The notes under the pieces: generated by a model | The model's input: only the letters and a program-made list of their open reading frames with translations | Told to the model about the DNA's origin: nothing | Databases searched by the model: none | Translations under genes and position numbers: made by a program | Shown: positions 26,517-35,911 of the stretch, in pieces | Numbering within the stretch: position 1 is the stretch's first letter | Layout: each line of letters starts with the position of its first letter | Source of the DNA: Ignavibacteriota bacterium | GTDB taxonomy: Bacteria > Bacteroidota > Ignavibacteria > UBA10030 | Length of the DNA: 64,000 bases | Direction: 5' to 3' | Assembly: GCA_963701295.1 (NCBI GenBank) | Contig: OY969585.1 | Coordinates: forward strand, 1,472,001-1,536,000

Positions 26517-29066
26517 CTACTTTGTTTCTTCTGCAACGAGATCTCCGGATTCCTTTTTGCTTTGATAGATTGCCCAGCCAATAGCTGTTGCAGCAATAAC
26601 AGCAACAACGATACCGGTTAGCAGATCAGTCCCGGCAATATTTGGCTTCGTAATGTTGAATTTCAGCACCAATCCAAGCGTCAGTAAGCTGACCATGTTC
26701 ATAACTTTGATCAACGGGTTAAGTGCAGGTCCCGCAGTGTCTTTTAATGGATCGCCAACGGTATCTCCGGTAACAGCGGCTTTGTGTGCCTCTGAACCTT
26801 TACCGCCATACAATCCGTCTTCAATCATTTTCTTAGCATTATCCCATGCACCGCCGGCGTTTGCCATAAACACGGCAAGCAGTTGGCCGACAAGGATAGT
26901 ACCGGCAAGGAATCCACCGAGCGCGTACGGTCCAAGGATAAATCCAACAAGAATCGGAGTCATAATGGCGAGGATGCCCGGTCCAATGAGTTCTTTCTGG
27001 GCAGTGTTTGTACAAATATCGACCACACGGCCATAATCCGGTTTCTTGGTGCCTTTCCAGATTTCAGGATCGTGGAATTGGATGCGGCATTCTTTGACAA
27101 TCCAGAATGCGGCACGACCGACGGCGCGAATAAGCATTCCGCTGAAGAGGAACGGCACTGCGCCACCAAGCATGAATCCGATAAACACGGTTGGATCTGC
27201 AACGGTGATCTTACCGGCTTCTGCGAAATACTGTGAAACTTTCATCAGGTTAATTTTCTCTTCACTACCGACTGCAATGACGGCGATGAAACTTGCGAAC
27301 AATGAGACCGCCGCGATAACGGCAGAACCGATGGCAATACCTTTGGTTTCAGCTTTTGTGGTATTACCGACTGCATCGAGATCGGCAAGTATTTGACGGG
27401 CGCGTTTGTAACTGCCAGGTTTTTCTTTTTCCATCTCATCTTTTTCGTAACCCATTTCGCCGATACCATTTGCATTATCTGCTACTGGTCCAAATACGTC
27501 CATCGAAATGGTATTACCTGTTAATGTCAACATACCGATACCGGTCATGGCAACGCCATAGGCGATGAAGAGTGGAGGAGTGCCAGCATACACGAGCACA
27601 GAAAGGAAAATTGCAACAGCAATAACAACGATTGCTGCAACGGTGCTTTCATAGCCGAGTGCAAAACCCTGGATGATATTTGTGGCATGTCCTGTAGTGC
27701 AAGCTTTTGCAAGACTTTTCACCGGTGCATGACTTGTATGTGTGTAATAACTTGTGACCTTATTCAATGCAACGGCAAGGAAAATACCGATCATGCAAGT
27801 AAGTGCCGGACGCAGATCGAGTCCAGGAATACCAAAGTTTGCGAACCAACCTAATTGCGATGGGTCGCCATTCGGGAATCCAGCGTAAGCTGTTGGGTTG
27901 CTTGCGAGATATGCGGCATCAAAATAGAGATAGCCGAATCCGAGTCCGACAAAACCAACAATACTGATGATTGAACCGATCCAGAATCCGCGATGAACGC
28001 TTTTCAGAGCTGTGTCTGAAGTGTCATCGGCACCGGCTTTCACCGTGTAAGTGCTGATGATGGAACCAAGAACGCCGATACCACGAACGAGCAGTGGGAA
28101 AATGACACCCTTGTGTCCGAAGCTTGCCATACCGAGAATCATTGCGGCAACGATGGTGACTTCGTAGCTTTCGAAAATATCTGCTGCCATTCCAGCGCAG
28201 TCGCCAACGTTATCACCAACATTATCGGCAATCGTGGCTGCGTTGCGCGGATCATCTTCCGGAATATCTTTTTCGATCTTACCGACAAGGTCGGCACCGA
28301 CGTCTGCGGCTTTCGTGTAGATGCCGCCGCCAACGCGCATGAACAATGCGATCAGTGTTCCACCGAATCCGAATCCTAACAAGGCTTCGTATGCATGTTC
28401 ACCGAAGAGCATAAAGATCAAGGTTCCGCCAAGCAAACCTAAGCCATCTGTGAGCATACCGGTGATAGTTCCCGTGCGGTAGCCGAGCTGAAGAGCTTCG
28501 CCATAACTGCGTTTTGCAGCAGCTGCGACACGAAGGTTTCCCTGTGTGGCAAGGCGCATACCGACAAATCCGACGAGGAAACTAAAAATTGAACCTACGA
28601 GGAACGCGCCTGAACGTCCCCAACGGAAGGCGTCGATCGTTCCTGTGTAAGTGAAATAAAGGAACAGAGTGATAATAATGATCAATGGTCCGATCTTCTT
28701 AAACTGCGCTGCGAGGTAGGCGTTTGAGCCTTCACGGACAGCGGCGGCAATTTCCTGCATTTTCTTTGTGCCTTGGTCGGCTTTACGCACTTGCTTTACG
28801 AGCAAGAGAGCATAAAGCAAGCCGGCAACGGCGATGCAAAGCACTGTAAGAAGTCCATAGATTTCAATGGGTTTGAAGTTGCTTTCACTGCTGAAAAGAG
28901 CGAATGGGTGAAATGATTCTTGAACAACCGTTGGTTCGGTGCTTTGAGTGTGGCCAGTGTATGGTATGAAGACATGCGCGGCAACAAAGAAGATCATCAT
29001 CGCAATGAGATAATTGCGGCGTGTCGTCTTCGATGAATTGACAAATAAATTGCGTAAGGTGTTCAT
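26517..29066 (-). CDS. hppA: Membrane-bound ion-translocating pyrophosphatase, K+-independent H+-PPase type
   Basis: GGIYTKAADVGADLVGK, EDDPRN, DNVGDNVGD, GNTTKA (Lys determinant), GDTVGDPLKD. Confidence 0.95.
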   Translation of the reverse strand: MNTLRNLFVNSSKTTRRNYLIAMMIFFVAAHVFIPYTGHTQSTEPTVVQESFHPFALFSSESNFKPIEIYGLLTVLCIAVAGLLYALLLVKQVRKADQGTKKMQEIAAAVREGSNAYLAAQFKKIGPLIIIITLFLYFTYTGTIDAFRWGRSGAFLVGSIFSFLVGFVGMRLATQGNLRVAAAAKRSYGEALQLGYRTGTITGMLTDGLGLLGGTLIFMLFGEHAYEALLGFGFGGTLIALFMRVGGGIYTKAADVGADLVGKIEKDIPEDDPRNAATIADNVGDNVGDCAGMAADIFESYEVTIVAAMILGMASFGHKGVIFPLLVRGIGVLGSIISTYTVKAGADDTSDTALKSVHRGFWIGSIISIVGFVGLGFGYLYFDAAYLASNPTAYAGFPNGDPSQLGWFANFGIPGLDLRPALTCMIGIFLAVALNKVTSYYTHTSHAPVKSLAKACTTGHATNIIQGFALGYESTVAAIVVIAVAIFLSVLVYAGTPPLFIAYGVAMTGIGMLTLTGNTISMDVFGPVADNANGIGEMGYEKDEMEKEKPGSYKRARQILADLDAVGNTTKAETKGIAIGSAVIAAVSLFASFIAVIAVGSEEKINLMKVSQYFAEAGKITVADPTVFIGFMLGGAVPFLFSGMLIRAVGRAAFWIVKECRIQFHDPEIWKGTKKPDYGRVVDICTNTAQKELIGPGILAIMTPILVGFILGPYALGGFLAGTILVGQLLAVFMANAGGAWDNAKKMIEDGLYGGKGSEAHKAAVTGDTVGDPLKDTAGPALNPLIKVMNMVSLLTLGLVLKFNITKPNIAGTDLLTGIVVAVIAATAIGWAIYQSKKESGDLVAEETK

Positions 29067-29560
29067 TGTACATCCTATAAAGTGAATAAAATGGTTGTCA
29101 ACAGAGCTAATGTGTTAAACGGGTGAAAGTATAACCTCCGCTTATGCTCAAACTTTACTAAAATGCACGAAAATTCCTTAAAAATCAATCTATTTATTTT
29201 TCTTGGACAATACTAAAAAGAGGCTGTGAAATGTCTTTCTTAAACTGGTGTAGATTATCGAGCACCATTTTCTCAAGTAGTTCTTGTCTAACTCAAAATG
29301 CTTTTATTTGAAGTGACGTAGATTACACCATTCTGTCCAAAAGCTAGTTTACATCTCTAGGCAGGATGATTATGGACATTGAGAATCACTCATTCTTTCG
29401 CGTTTGTAATCAATAACGAATATTTCTCGCAAAAAGACCGTCTATAAATATTGATCATTAATGTGATAAAAAAATTTTATACATTAAAAAAAGCATCTGC
29501 ATAGAATTGCTTTTTAATCTCATAGCCCAAAGTCAAATAGATGGGAAAGGAGATCAACAT

Positions 29561-30811
29561 ATGAAAGTTGAACAAAGAAGGTTGGAGCAGGCATATGCTG
29601 AAATGGAGAAGAGAGTAGAGGAGCGGATCGCCGAGTTGCAGCGAGAAATTGCTGAACGAAAGCGCACAGAAGAGGCACTCGCTCAAGAACAGTATCTCCT
29701 CCAGACTCTCTTGGACAATTTACCTGACAATATTTATTTTAAGGATACCGATAGTCGATTCATCAAAATCAGCAGGTCTATAATTGAGAAGTTTGGATTA
29801 AGCGGTTCTGCACAGGTTGTGGGCAAAACGGATTTTGACTTTTTCGCTGAAGAGTATGCTCAGACAGCATTTGAACGTGAGCAGGGGATTATGAGGACGG
29901 GACAGGCATTCATAGGGCTAGAAGAGAAGGAGACATGGCCTGACGGGAGCGAGACATGGGTAACTACTACCAAGATGCCTCTGCGAGATAAAAAAGGACA
30001 GATTGTAGGCACGTTTGGTATTTCCACGGATATTACCGAGCGCAAACAGATAGAAAAGAGACTACGCAAATTGAACGAAGAATTGGAACTTCGAGTCATC
30101 GAGCGCACAACTCAACTGGAGGCATTGAACAAGGAACTTAAAGCGTTTGCATATTCAGTTTCGCATGACTTGCATGCACCACTACGAGCTATTGACGGAT
30201 ACACGAAAATTCTTGAAGAAGACTATAAGCAGTTTCTGGATGAGGAAGGCAAGCGCGTGTGTGCCATCATCTGTAGCGAGACAAAACGTATGGGTCAAAT
30301 AATTGACAATCTTCGTTCGTTTTCTCAAATCAGCCATGCCGAGATGCAGGTTTCTCCGATCAACATGGAAGCAATGGCCTATTCGGTGTTTGATGAGTTA
30401 ACGACGCCGGAAAATCGGAAACGCATTGATTTCCGTGTTGCTTCTTTACCATCGGCACTTGGTGACCTCACGTTAATACACCAGCTGTGGATGAATCTCC
30501 TCTCCAATGCTATAAAATTTTCATCCAAACGGGAACGTGCGGTGATTGAAGTGGGATGTCAACAAGACGGACAAAGAAATATTTACTCAGTGCGAGACAA
30601 CGGTGTTGGCTTTGATATGCAGCGTGCAGAAAATCTCTTTACCGTTTTCTGGCGCTTGCACAGTAAAAAGGAATTCGAAGGCGCAGGAGTCGGTCTGGCT
30701 ATTGTTCAACGTTTGATTCATCGTCACGGCGGAGAGGTATGGGCTAAGAGCCAGATAGATAAAGGTGCCACATTTTATTTTACAGTACCACAGAAAAGAA
30801 AAGGGTCTTGA
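29561..30811 (+). CDS. PAS-domain sensor histidine kinase, probably N-terminally truncated
   Basis: Coiled coil, PAS/PAC, H box SHDLHAPL, NLLSNAIKF, DNGVGF, GAGVGL; start uncertain. Confidence 0.85.
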   Translation: MKVEQRRLEQAYAEMEKRVEERIAELQREIAERKRTEEALAQEQYLLQTLLDNLPDNIYFKDTDSRFIKISRSIIEKFGLSGSAQVVGKTDFDFFAEEYAQTAFEREQGIMRTGQAFIGLEEKETWPDGSETWVTTTKMPLRDKKGQIVGTFGISTDITERKQIEKRLRKLNEELELRVIERTTQLEALNKELKAFAYSVSHDLHAPLRAIDGYTKILEEDYKQFLDEEGKRVCAIICSETKRMGQIIDNLRSFSQISHAEMQVSPINMEAMAYSVFDELTTPENRKRIDFRVASLPSALGDLTLIHQLWMNLLSNAIKFSSKRERAVIEVGCQQDGQRNIYSVRDNGVGFDMQRAENLFTVFWRLHSKKEFEGAGVGLAIVQRLIHRHGGEVWAKSQIDKGATFYFTVPQKRKGS

Positions 30812-30920
30812 AAAATCTTTTGATAGAGATAATCTTCAGAATGCCGAGTTTATGATAAAGGCGTTTAAGTGTATGTAATGGAAAATTGTTAGTCACCCAT
30901 GGATTCGCGGAAGCTATGAG
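30812..30920 (+). pseudogene. Possible remnant of the cognate response regulator
   Basis: From 30828: DNLQNAEFMIKAFK, later FAEAM, resembling the receiver start EDNPxDAELxxRALK...DGAEAL; stops and frameshifts present. Confidence 0.45.
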
Positions 30921-31063
30921 CCAGCTTGGTCTCTATTGGTTGCTGGTAAATACAACTCCCAAATGATAGAAGAAATCCTTACGTTTTTAGACTATGAATG
31001 GCATGTGAGAGAAATTCGGCAACACCTAATGATGAAACACAAAACAGTACAATATATATGATT

Positions 31064-31660
31064 TTAAGGAATTAATGAGAGAAGACCATGTTTAATGAAG
31101 AACTTTGCGTTTTGACGAACGCGTTGCAATGGCAGAGAATGTGATTGTTGCGACCAAAGACGCAGCACGCTCCGCAGACCGCCGGTGATGAATTGTCGAA
31201 AGAGTTCTATATCGACATCTGGGTTGAATACTTTTCTTTGAACTCCCTCACGTATGATCTCTTCTGCAAGGTCAAGAAAGTCGTTATAATGCTTTGCCAC
31301 AATGCCACGTTTGTCTTTGATGAGAAGATATTGTTCGTTGACAAATACCAACGCGAGAGAAGGATTCGTAATAAAGATATCGAAAAATTGATCAATCACT
31401 AAGTCGAGTTTTTTTGATGGATCAATGTCGGTCTGCTGGACAGTACTTCGAAGATTATCTGTAAGCCCTACCCATAACTGTTCAAAAATTGTAAGCAGGA
31501 TTGCTTCTTTGTTTTTAAAGTACAGATACACACTGCCTGTTGCTATTCCTGCCTGTTCTGCAATAGAAGATATCTTTGTCCGGTGATACCCGCGTTGGGC
31601 GAAGATTTTTATAGATGCATCGAGAATCGCTTTTTCCTTATTTCCTTCACGTTTTCTCAT
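31064..31660 (-). CDS. TetR/AcrR family regulator (FadR-like)
   Basis: ILDASIKIFAQRGY...IAEQAGIATGSVYLYFKNKE helix-turn-helix. Confidence 0.92.
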   Translation of the reverse strand: MRKREGNKEKAILDASIKIFAQRGYHRTKISSIAEQAGIATGSVYLYFKNKEAILLTIFEQLWVGLTDNLRSTVQQTDIDPSKKLDLVIDQFFDIFITNPSLALVFVNEQYLLIKDKRGIVAKHYNDFLDLAEEIIREGVQRKVFNPDVDIELFRQFITGGLRSVLRLWSQQSHSLPLQRVRQNAKFFIKHGLLSLIP

Positions 31661-31677
31661 TGAATTATTTTCTTTAA

Positions 31678-31720
31678 TGAATTCCTATTCAATAATACGA
31701 ACCAAATAATGAAATATCAA
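31678..31720 (-). promoter_or_regulatory. tetR promoter with adjacent palindromic operator
   Basis: TTGATA-17 bp-TATTAT on minus; TGAAT-N4-ATTCA at 31678-31691 immediately downstream of the -10. Confidence 0.55.
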
Positions 31721-31888
31721 GCGATACGCAGGTTATGGTCCTTTTTTATGATTTGCTTGAATGGAGACTCTTACTTTCATCCATGATACTGATTATGTGA
31801 GTTCCCTCGGAGAATTTCTTGCCATATTTTTATATACTATAAGCGGAAAAGTTCACCATAGTATTTAAATCAAAGAAGAGGATAAAGA

Positions 31889-33568
31889 ATGTCTATTGAA
31901 AAGTCGCGCGATATTCTACAGAGCGAAAGCAAACAATGGATTGAAGGCATGTACACGAAGTCAATCGAAAAGTTTCCAGAGCGGGAAAAAGAATTTACTA
32001 CTGTTTCTTTTTCTCCCGTCAAATCATTATATACACCTCTGGATTTGTCAAATGAAGAGTATGGGGAGCATCTTGGCTTTCCGGGTCAATATCCTTTTAC
32101 GCGGGGTATTCAACCAACAATGTATCGCAGCCGTTTCTGGACAATGCGACAATATGCGGGATTCGGAACTGCAAAAGAATCGAATGAACGGTACCGCTAT
32201 TTACTCGGACAAGGACAAACCGGTTTGTCTGTTGCGTTTGATCTGCCAACCCAGATAGGATATGACAGCGACGATCCACTTGCGGATGGTGAAGTCGGAA
32301 AAGTTGGCGTTGCGATTGATTCCCTGGGAGACATGGAAATTTTATTTGATCGAATTCCACTTGATAAAGTTTCTACATCTATGACCATTAATTCGCCGGC
32401 CGCTATCTTGCTAGCAATGTATATCGCAGTTGCCGAGAAACAGGGCGTTGCAAAGGAGACAATCAGCGGTACAGTGCAAAATGATATTCTCAAGGAATAC
32501 ATAGCGCGCGGGACATATATTTTTCCTCCAAAACCATCTTTGCGACTCATTACGGATATTTTTCGTTACTGCAAGACTGAAGTACCAAAATGGAATACGA
32601 TTTCGATTTCCGGGTATCATATCCGCGAAGCTGGTTCGACGGCAGCGCAGGAAGTTGGATTCACTCTGGCTGATGGCATTGCATATGTACAGGCGGCAAT
32701 CGATGTCGGTCTTGATGTGGATGATTTTGCCGGCCAACTTTCTTTCTTTTTCAATGCACACAATGATTTGTTTGAAGAGGTTGCGAAGTTTCGTGCTGCT
32801 CGCCGTCTCTGGGCGAAGATTATGAAAGAACGGTTTGGCGCAAAGAAGGCAAAATCGATGATGATGCGTTTTCACACGCAAACAGCAGGTTCAACACTTA
32901 CAGCCCAGCAGGTAGACAATAATATTGTGCGAGTAACTATTCAGACATTAGCAGCGGTGCTTGGCGGGACACAAAGTCTACACACGAATTCACGCGACGA
33001 AGCTCTTGCGCTTCCAACAGAAGCATCTGTTCGTATTGCTCTTCGAACTCAACAAATTGTAGCTTATGAAAGCGGTGTTGCAGATACAGTCGATCCGCTT
33101 GCCGGTTCGTATTATGTCGAAGCAATGACGGATCGTATTGAAGTTGAAGCGATGGACTATATACAGAAAATCGATGCAGCCGGAGGAATGATTCATGCAA
33201 TTGAATCCGGATATCCACAAAGGGAAATTCAAAAGGCATCGTATCGATCAACAAAAATGATGGAAGCAGGCAATTGCATTGTTGTCGGCGTTAATAAATA
33301 CCGTGTTGAGGAACAAGAATTGGAAGGATTATTGAAGATTGATCGTTCGGTACAAAAAGCGCAGATACAGTCTCTGCGTACGATACGCGCGGAAAGAAAT
33401 CAGAATGAGGTACATACTCAATTGGCGGAACTCAAAAAAGCAGCAGCAGGAACAACCAATCTCATGCCTTTTATGCTCCATGCAGTACGTACCTATGCAA
33501 CTGTCGGAGAAATATGCAGTACTCTTCGTTCGGTCTTCGGGGAATATCGAGAGCACAATACACTCTGA
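31889..33568 (+). CDS. Methylmalonyl-CoA mutase, catalytic (N-terminal) subunit without the B12-binding domain
   Basis: WTMRQYAGF (Tyr), [12 protein letters not shown] (Arg), YHIREAG, QSLHTN; no DxHxxG motif. Confidence 0.92.
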   Translation: MSIEKSRDILQSESKQWIEGMYTKSIEKFPEREKEFTTVSFSPVKSLYTPLDLSNEEYGEHLGFPGQYPFTRGIQPTMYRSRFWTMRQYAGFGTAKESNERYRYLLGQGQTGLSVAFDLPTQIGYDSDDPLADGEVGKVGVAIDSLGDMEILFDRIPLDKVSTSMTINSPAAILLAMYIAVAEKQGVAKETISGTVQNDILKEYIARGTYIFPPKPSLRLITDIFRYCKTEVPKWNTISISGYHIREAGSTAAQEVGFTLADGIAYVQAAIDVGLDVDDFAGQLSFFFNAHNDLFEEVAKFRAARRLWAKIMKERFGAKKAKSMMMRFHTQTAGSTLTAQQVDNNIVRVTIQTLAAVLGGTQSLHTNSRDEALALPTEASVRIALRTQQIVAYESGVADTVDPLAGSYYVEAMTDRIEVEAMDYIQKIDAAGGMIHAIESGYPQREIQKASYRSTKMMEAGNCIVVGVNKYRVEEQELEGLLKIDRSVQKAQIQSLRTIRAERNQNEVHTQLAELKKAAAGTTNLMPFMLHAVRTYATVGEICSTLRSVFGEYREHNTL

Positions 33569-33647
33569 TGATACACACGGAACAAATTCATGTTCTTTTA
33601 AATGATTCGTTGTTTCATTTTTGGTAATTTATTGAGAAATATTACAT

Positions 33648-34064
33648 ATGAATACTTCCTATGTTGAGCATATCGGTATAGCTGTTAAGAACCTTCAGGA
33701 ATCAATACAGTTGTATGAACATATCTTAGGTGTGCCTTGCTATAATGTAGAAGAAATTTCTGATCAAAAAGTCCGAACAGCATTTTTCCAAATCGGTCAG
33801 ACAAAAATTGAATTATTGGAATCCAGTGATCCGGAAGGGCCAGTCAGTAAATTTATCGAAAGAAAAGGGGAGGGTGTTCATCATATAGCATTTGCAGTGG
33901 AGAATCTAACAGATGCACTCAAGGAAATTGAAGCAAAAGGCTACCAACTCATCGATAAACAGCCGCGTCAAGGAGCAGAGGGGTTGAATATTGCGTTTCT
34001 TCATCCAAAATCTATCGGCGGTGTATTAGTGGAATTATGTGAAAATCCTGCAACGAAAAAATAA
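33648..34064 (+). CDS. mce: Methylmalonyl-CoA epimerase
   Basis: EHIGIAV, KIELLE, GEGVHHIAF, FLHPKS, GVLVELC; follows the mutase. Confidence 0.93.
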   Translation: MNTSYVEHIGIAVKNLQESIQLYEHILGVPCYNVEEISDQKVRTAFFQIGQTKIELLESSDPEGPVSKFIERKGEGVHHIAFAVENLTDALKEIEAKGYQLIDKQPRQGAEGLNIAFLHPKSIGGVLVELCENPATKK

Positions 34065-34085
34065 CGTCTTTCTCACCTAACTTTG

Positions 34086-34114
34086 TTGACTTTTTTCAAA
34101 AAAAAATGTACTCT
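34086..34114 (+). promoter_or_regulatory. Sigma-70-type promoter of the trp leader
   Basis: TTGACT-17 bp-TACTCT. Confidence 0.6.
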
Positions 34115-34123
34115 GGTACCAGA

Positions 34124-34204
34124 ATGAATAACGAGCTATACTATTCTCATCTGCAACAGGCTTGGCGGTGGCGATGGATGAAGTCCGCGCTTCCGCTGAG
34201 GTAG
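34124..34204 (+). CDS. Trp-rich leader peptide (26 aa)
   Basis: MNNELYYSHLQQAWRWRWMKSALPLR*; three TGG codons upstream of trpB2. Confidence 0.85.
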   Translation: MNNELYYSHLQQAWRWRWMKSALPLR

Positions 34205-34267
34205 CTCATTTACACTGATTACCCAAACAAAGGTGGAAACGCGGACTGGAGCGTTCCTGCCTTTTTT
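34182..34267 (+). promoter_or_regulatory. Transcription attenuator (antiterminator/terminator)
   Basis: agtccgcg (34182-34189) is complementary to cgcggact (34240-34247); the alternative hairpin ggaaacgc/gcgttcc is followed by T6. Confidence 0.8.
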
Positions 34268-34359
34268 CGTTTCATGCTGAATCGGATAATCGTGGAAACC
34301 TCCGTTCACAAGCGTGATTCACCAAAATAATATTAACAAATAACCATACGGAGGTCATT

Positions 34360-35673
34360 ATGCCGCGTAAATTCATGCTCGAAGAGCAGGAAATCCCAAC
34401 ACACTATTATAATATTGCAGCCGATTTGCCTACACCGCTGGATCCGCCGCTTCATCCCGGAACTAAGCAGCCGATTGGTCCGCAGGATTTAGCACCCATT
34501 TTCCCGATGGAATTAATTAAGCAGGAAGTGAGTGCCGAGCGCTTCATTGAAATTCCGGATGCAGTTCGAAATGCGTACGCCACTTTTCGTCCATCCCCGC
34601 TCATCCGAGCTCTTGATCTCGAACGAGCACTTGGAACACCCGCTCAGATCTATTATAAATATGAAGGGGTCAGTCCAGCTGGAAGCCATAAACTCAATAC
34701 AGCACTCGCTCAGGCATACTACAATAAGCAGGCGGGCATCAGACGTATTGCTACAGAAACAGGCGCCGGACAATGGGGAAGTGCATTGTCGCTGGCATGT
34801 AAAATGTTTGGTTTACAGTGCAAAGTGTATATGGTGAAGGTAAGCTATGAACAAAAACCGTATCGCCGCTCGATGATTCATACCTGGGGAGCGGAAGTGG
34901 TTGCAAGTCCGAGTACGGATACAAAATCCGGCAGGGACGCTCTTGCAAAAAATCCAAATTCTACAGGCAGCCTTGGTCTTGCAATTAGTGAAGCAGTGGA
35001 AGATGCAGCTGGACGTGAAGATACCAATTACTCCCTCGGCAGTGTATTAAACCATGTCCTATTGCATCAAACAATTATTGGATTAGAAGCAAAGAAGCAG
35101 ATGGAAAAGGCAGGTGTCTATCCGGATATCATTATCGGTTGTGTCGGCGGCGGTTCGAATTTCGGCGGCATTGTACTGCCATTCATCAAAGATAAACTTG
35201 CAGGGAAAAAATTCCGGGCAATAGCAGTCGAACCAGCCTCTTGCGCGTCGCTTACAAAAGGTGAGTATCGGTACGATTTAGGCGATGTTGCCGGTATGGC
35301 GCCCATGGTTAAAATGTATACCCTTGGTCATGATTTTATTCCGCCTTCAATTCATGCAGGAGGACTGAGATATCATGGAATGTCTCCAATCATCAGTAAA
35401 TTGTATCATGAAAAATTGATTGAAGCTCAGGCTTATGATCAAATGGAAGTCTTCGAAGCGGGTGTGTTGTTTGCCCAAACGGAGGGGATTATTCCGGCAC
35501 CGGAATCATCACATGCCATTAAATCTGCCATTGAAGAAGCGAAAAAAGCAAAGTTGGAAGGAACCAAGAAGGTCATTCTGTTCAACTTGAGCGGTCATGG
35601 CCATTTTGATATGAGTGCCTATGATGCGTACTTTGCCGGTAAACTCGGTCAAGGAAACGGTAACGGGAAATAA
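34360..35673 (+). CDS. trpB2: TrpB2-type tryptophan synthase beta chain
   Basis: [51 protein letters not shown]; no trpA nearby. Confidence 0.93.
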   Translation: MPRKFMLEEQEIPTHYYNIAADLPTPLDPPLHPGTKQPIGPQDLAPIFPMELIKQEVSAERFIEIPDAVRNAYATFRPSPLIRALDLERALGTPAQIYYKYEGVSPAGSHKLNTALAQAYYNKQAGIRRIATETGAGQWGSALSLACKMFGLQCKVYMVKVSYEQKPYRRSMIHTWGAEVVASPSTDTKSGRDALAKNPNSTGSLGLAISEAVEDAAGREDTNYSLGSVLNHVLLHQTIIGLEAKKQMEKAGVYPDIIIGCVGGGSNFGGIVLPFIKDKLAGKKFRAIAVEPASCASLTKGEYRYDLGDVAGMAPMVKMYTLGHDFIPPSIHAGGLRYHGMSPIISKLYHEKLIEAQAYDQMEVFEAGVLFAQTEGIIPAPESSHAIKSAIEEAKKAKLEGTKKVILFNLSGHGHFDMSAYDAYFAGKLGQGNGNGK

Positions 35674-35685
35674 GAGAATCTTTAT

Positions 35686-35714
35686 GGGGGCGAGGCCATC
35701 TCGCCCCTGTTTTT
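35686..35714 (+). terminator. Intrinsic terminator after trpB2
   Basis: ggggcgag-gccat-ctcgcccc-tgttttt. Confidence 0.8.
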
Positions 35715-35911
35715 ATAAAATCACTTGAAATAGTTATTGCCTCTGAATTAGGTTGTTAGTACAATAATACAAGTTTACATCAAAACACTTCTAACTGCTG
35801 TATATTATTTCGAGAGGGCAAATGTCCTTTGCTGCCTGTCTCAACTATACAATTGCTTCAACTATGTGTAGTCATTTCGCAAATTCAATCTATCCCTAAA
35901 TTATAAGGAGG

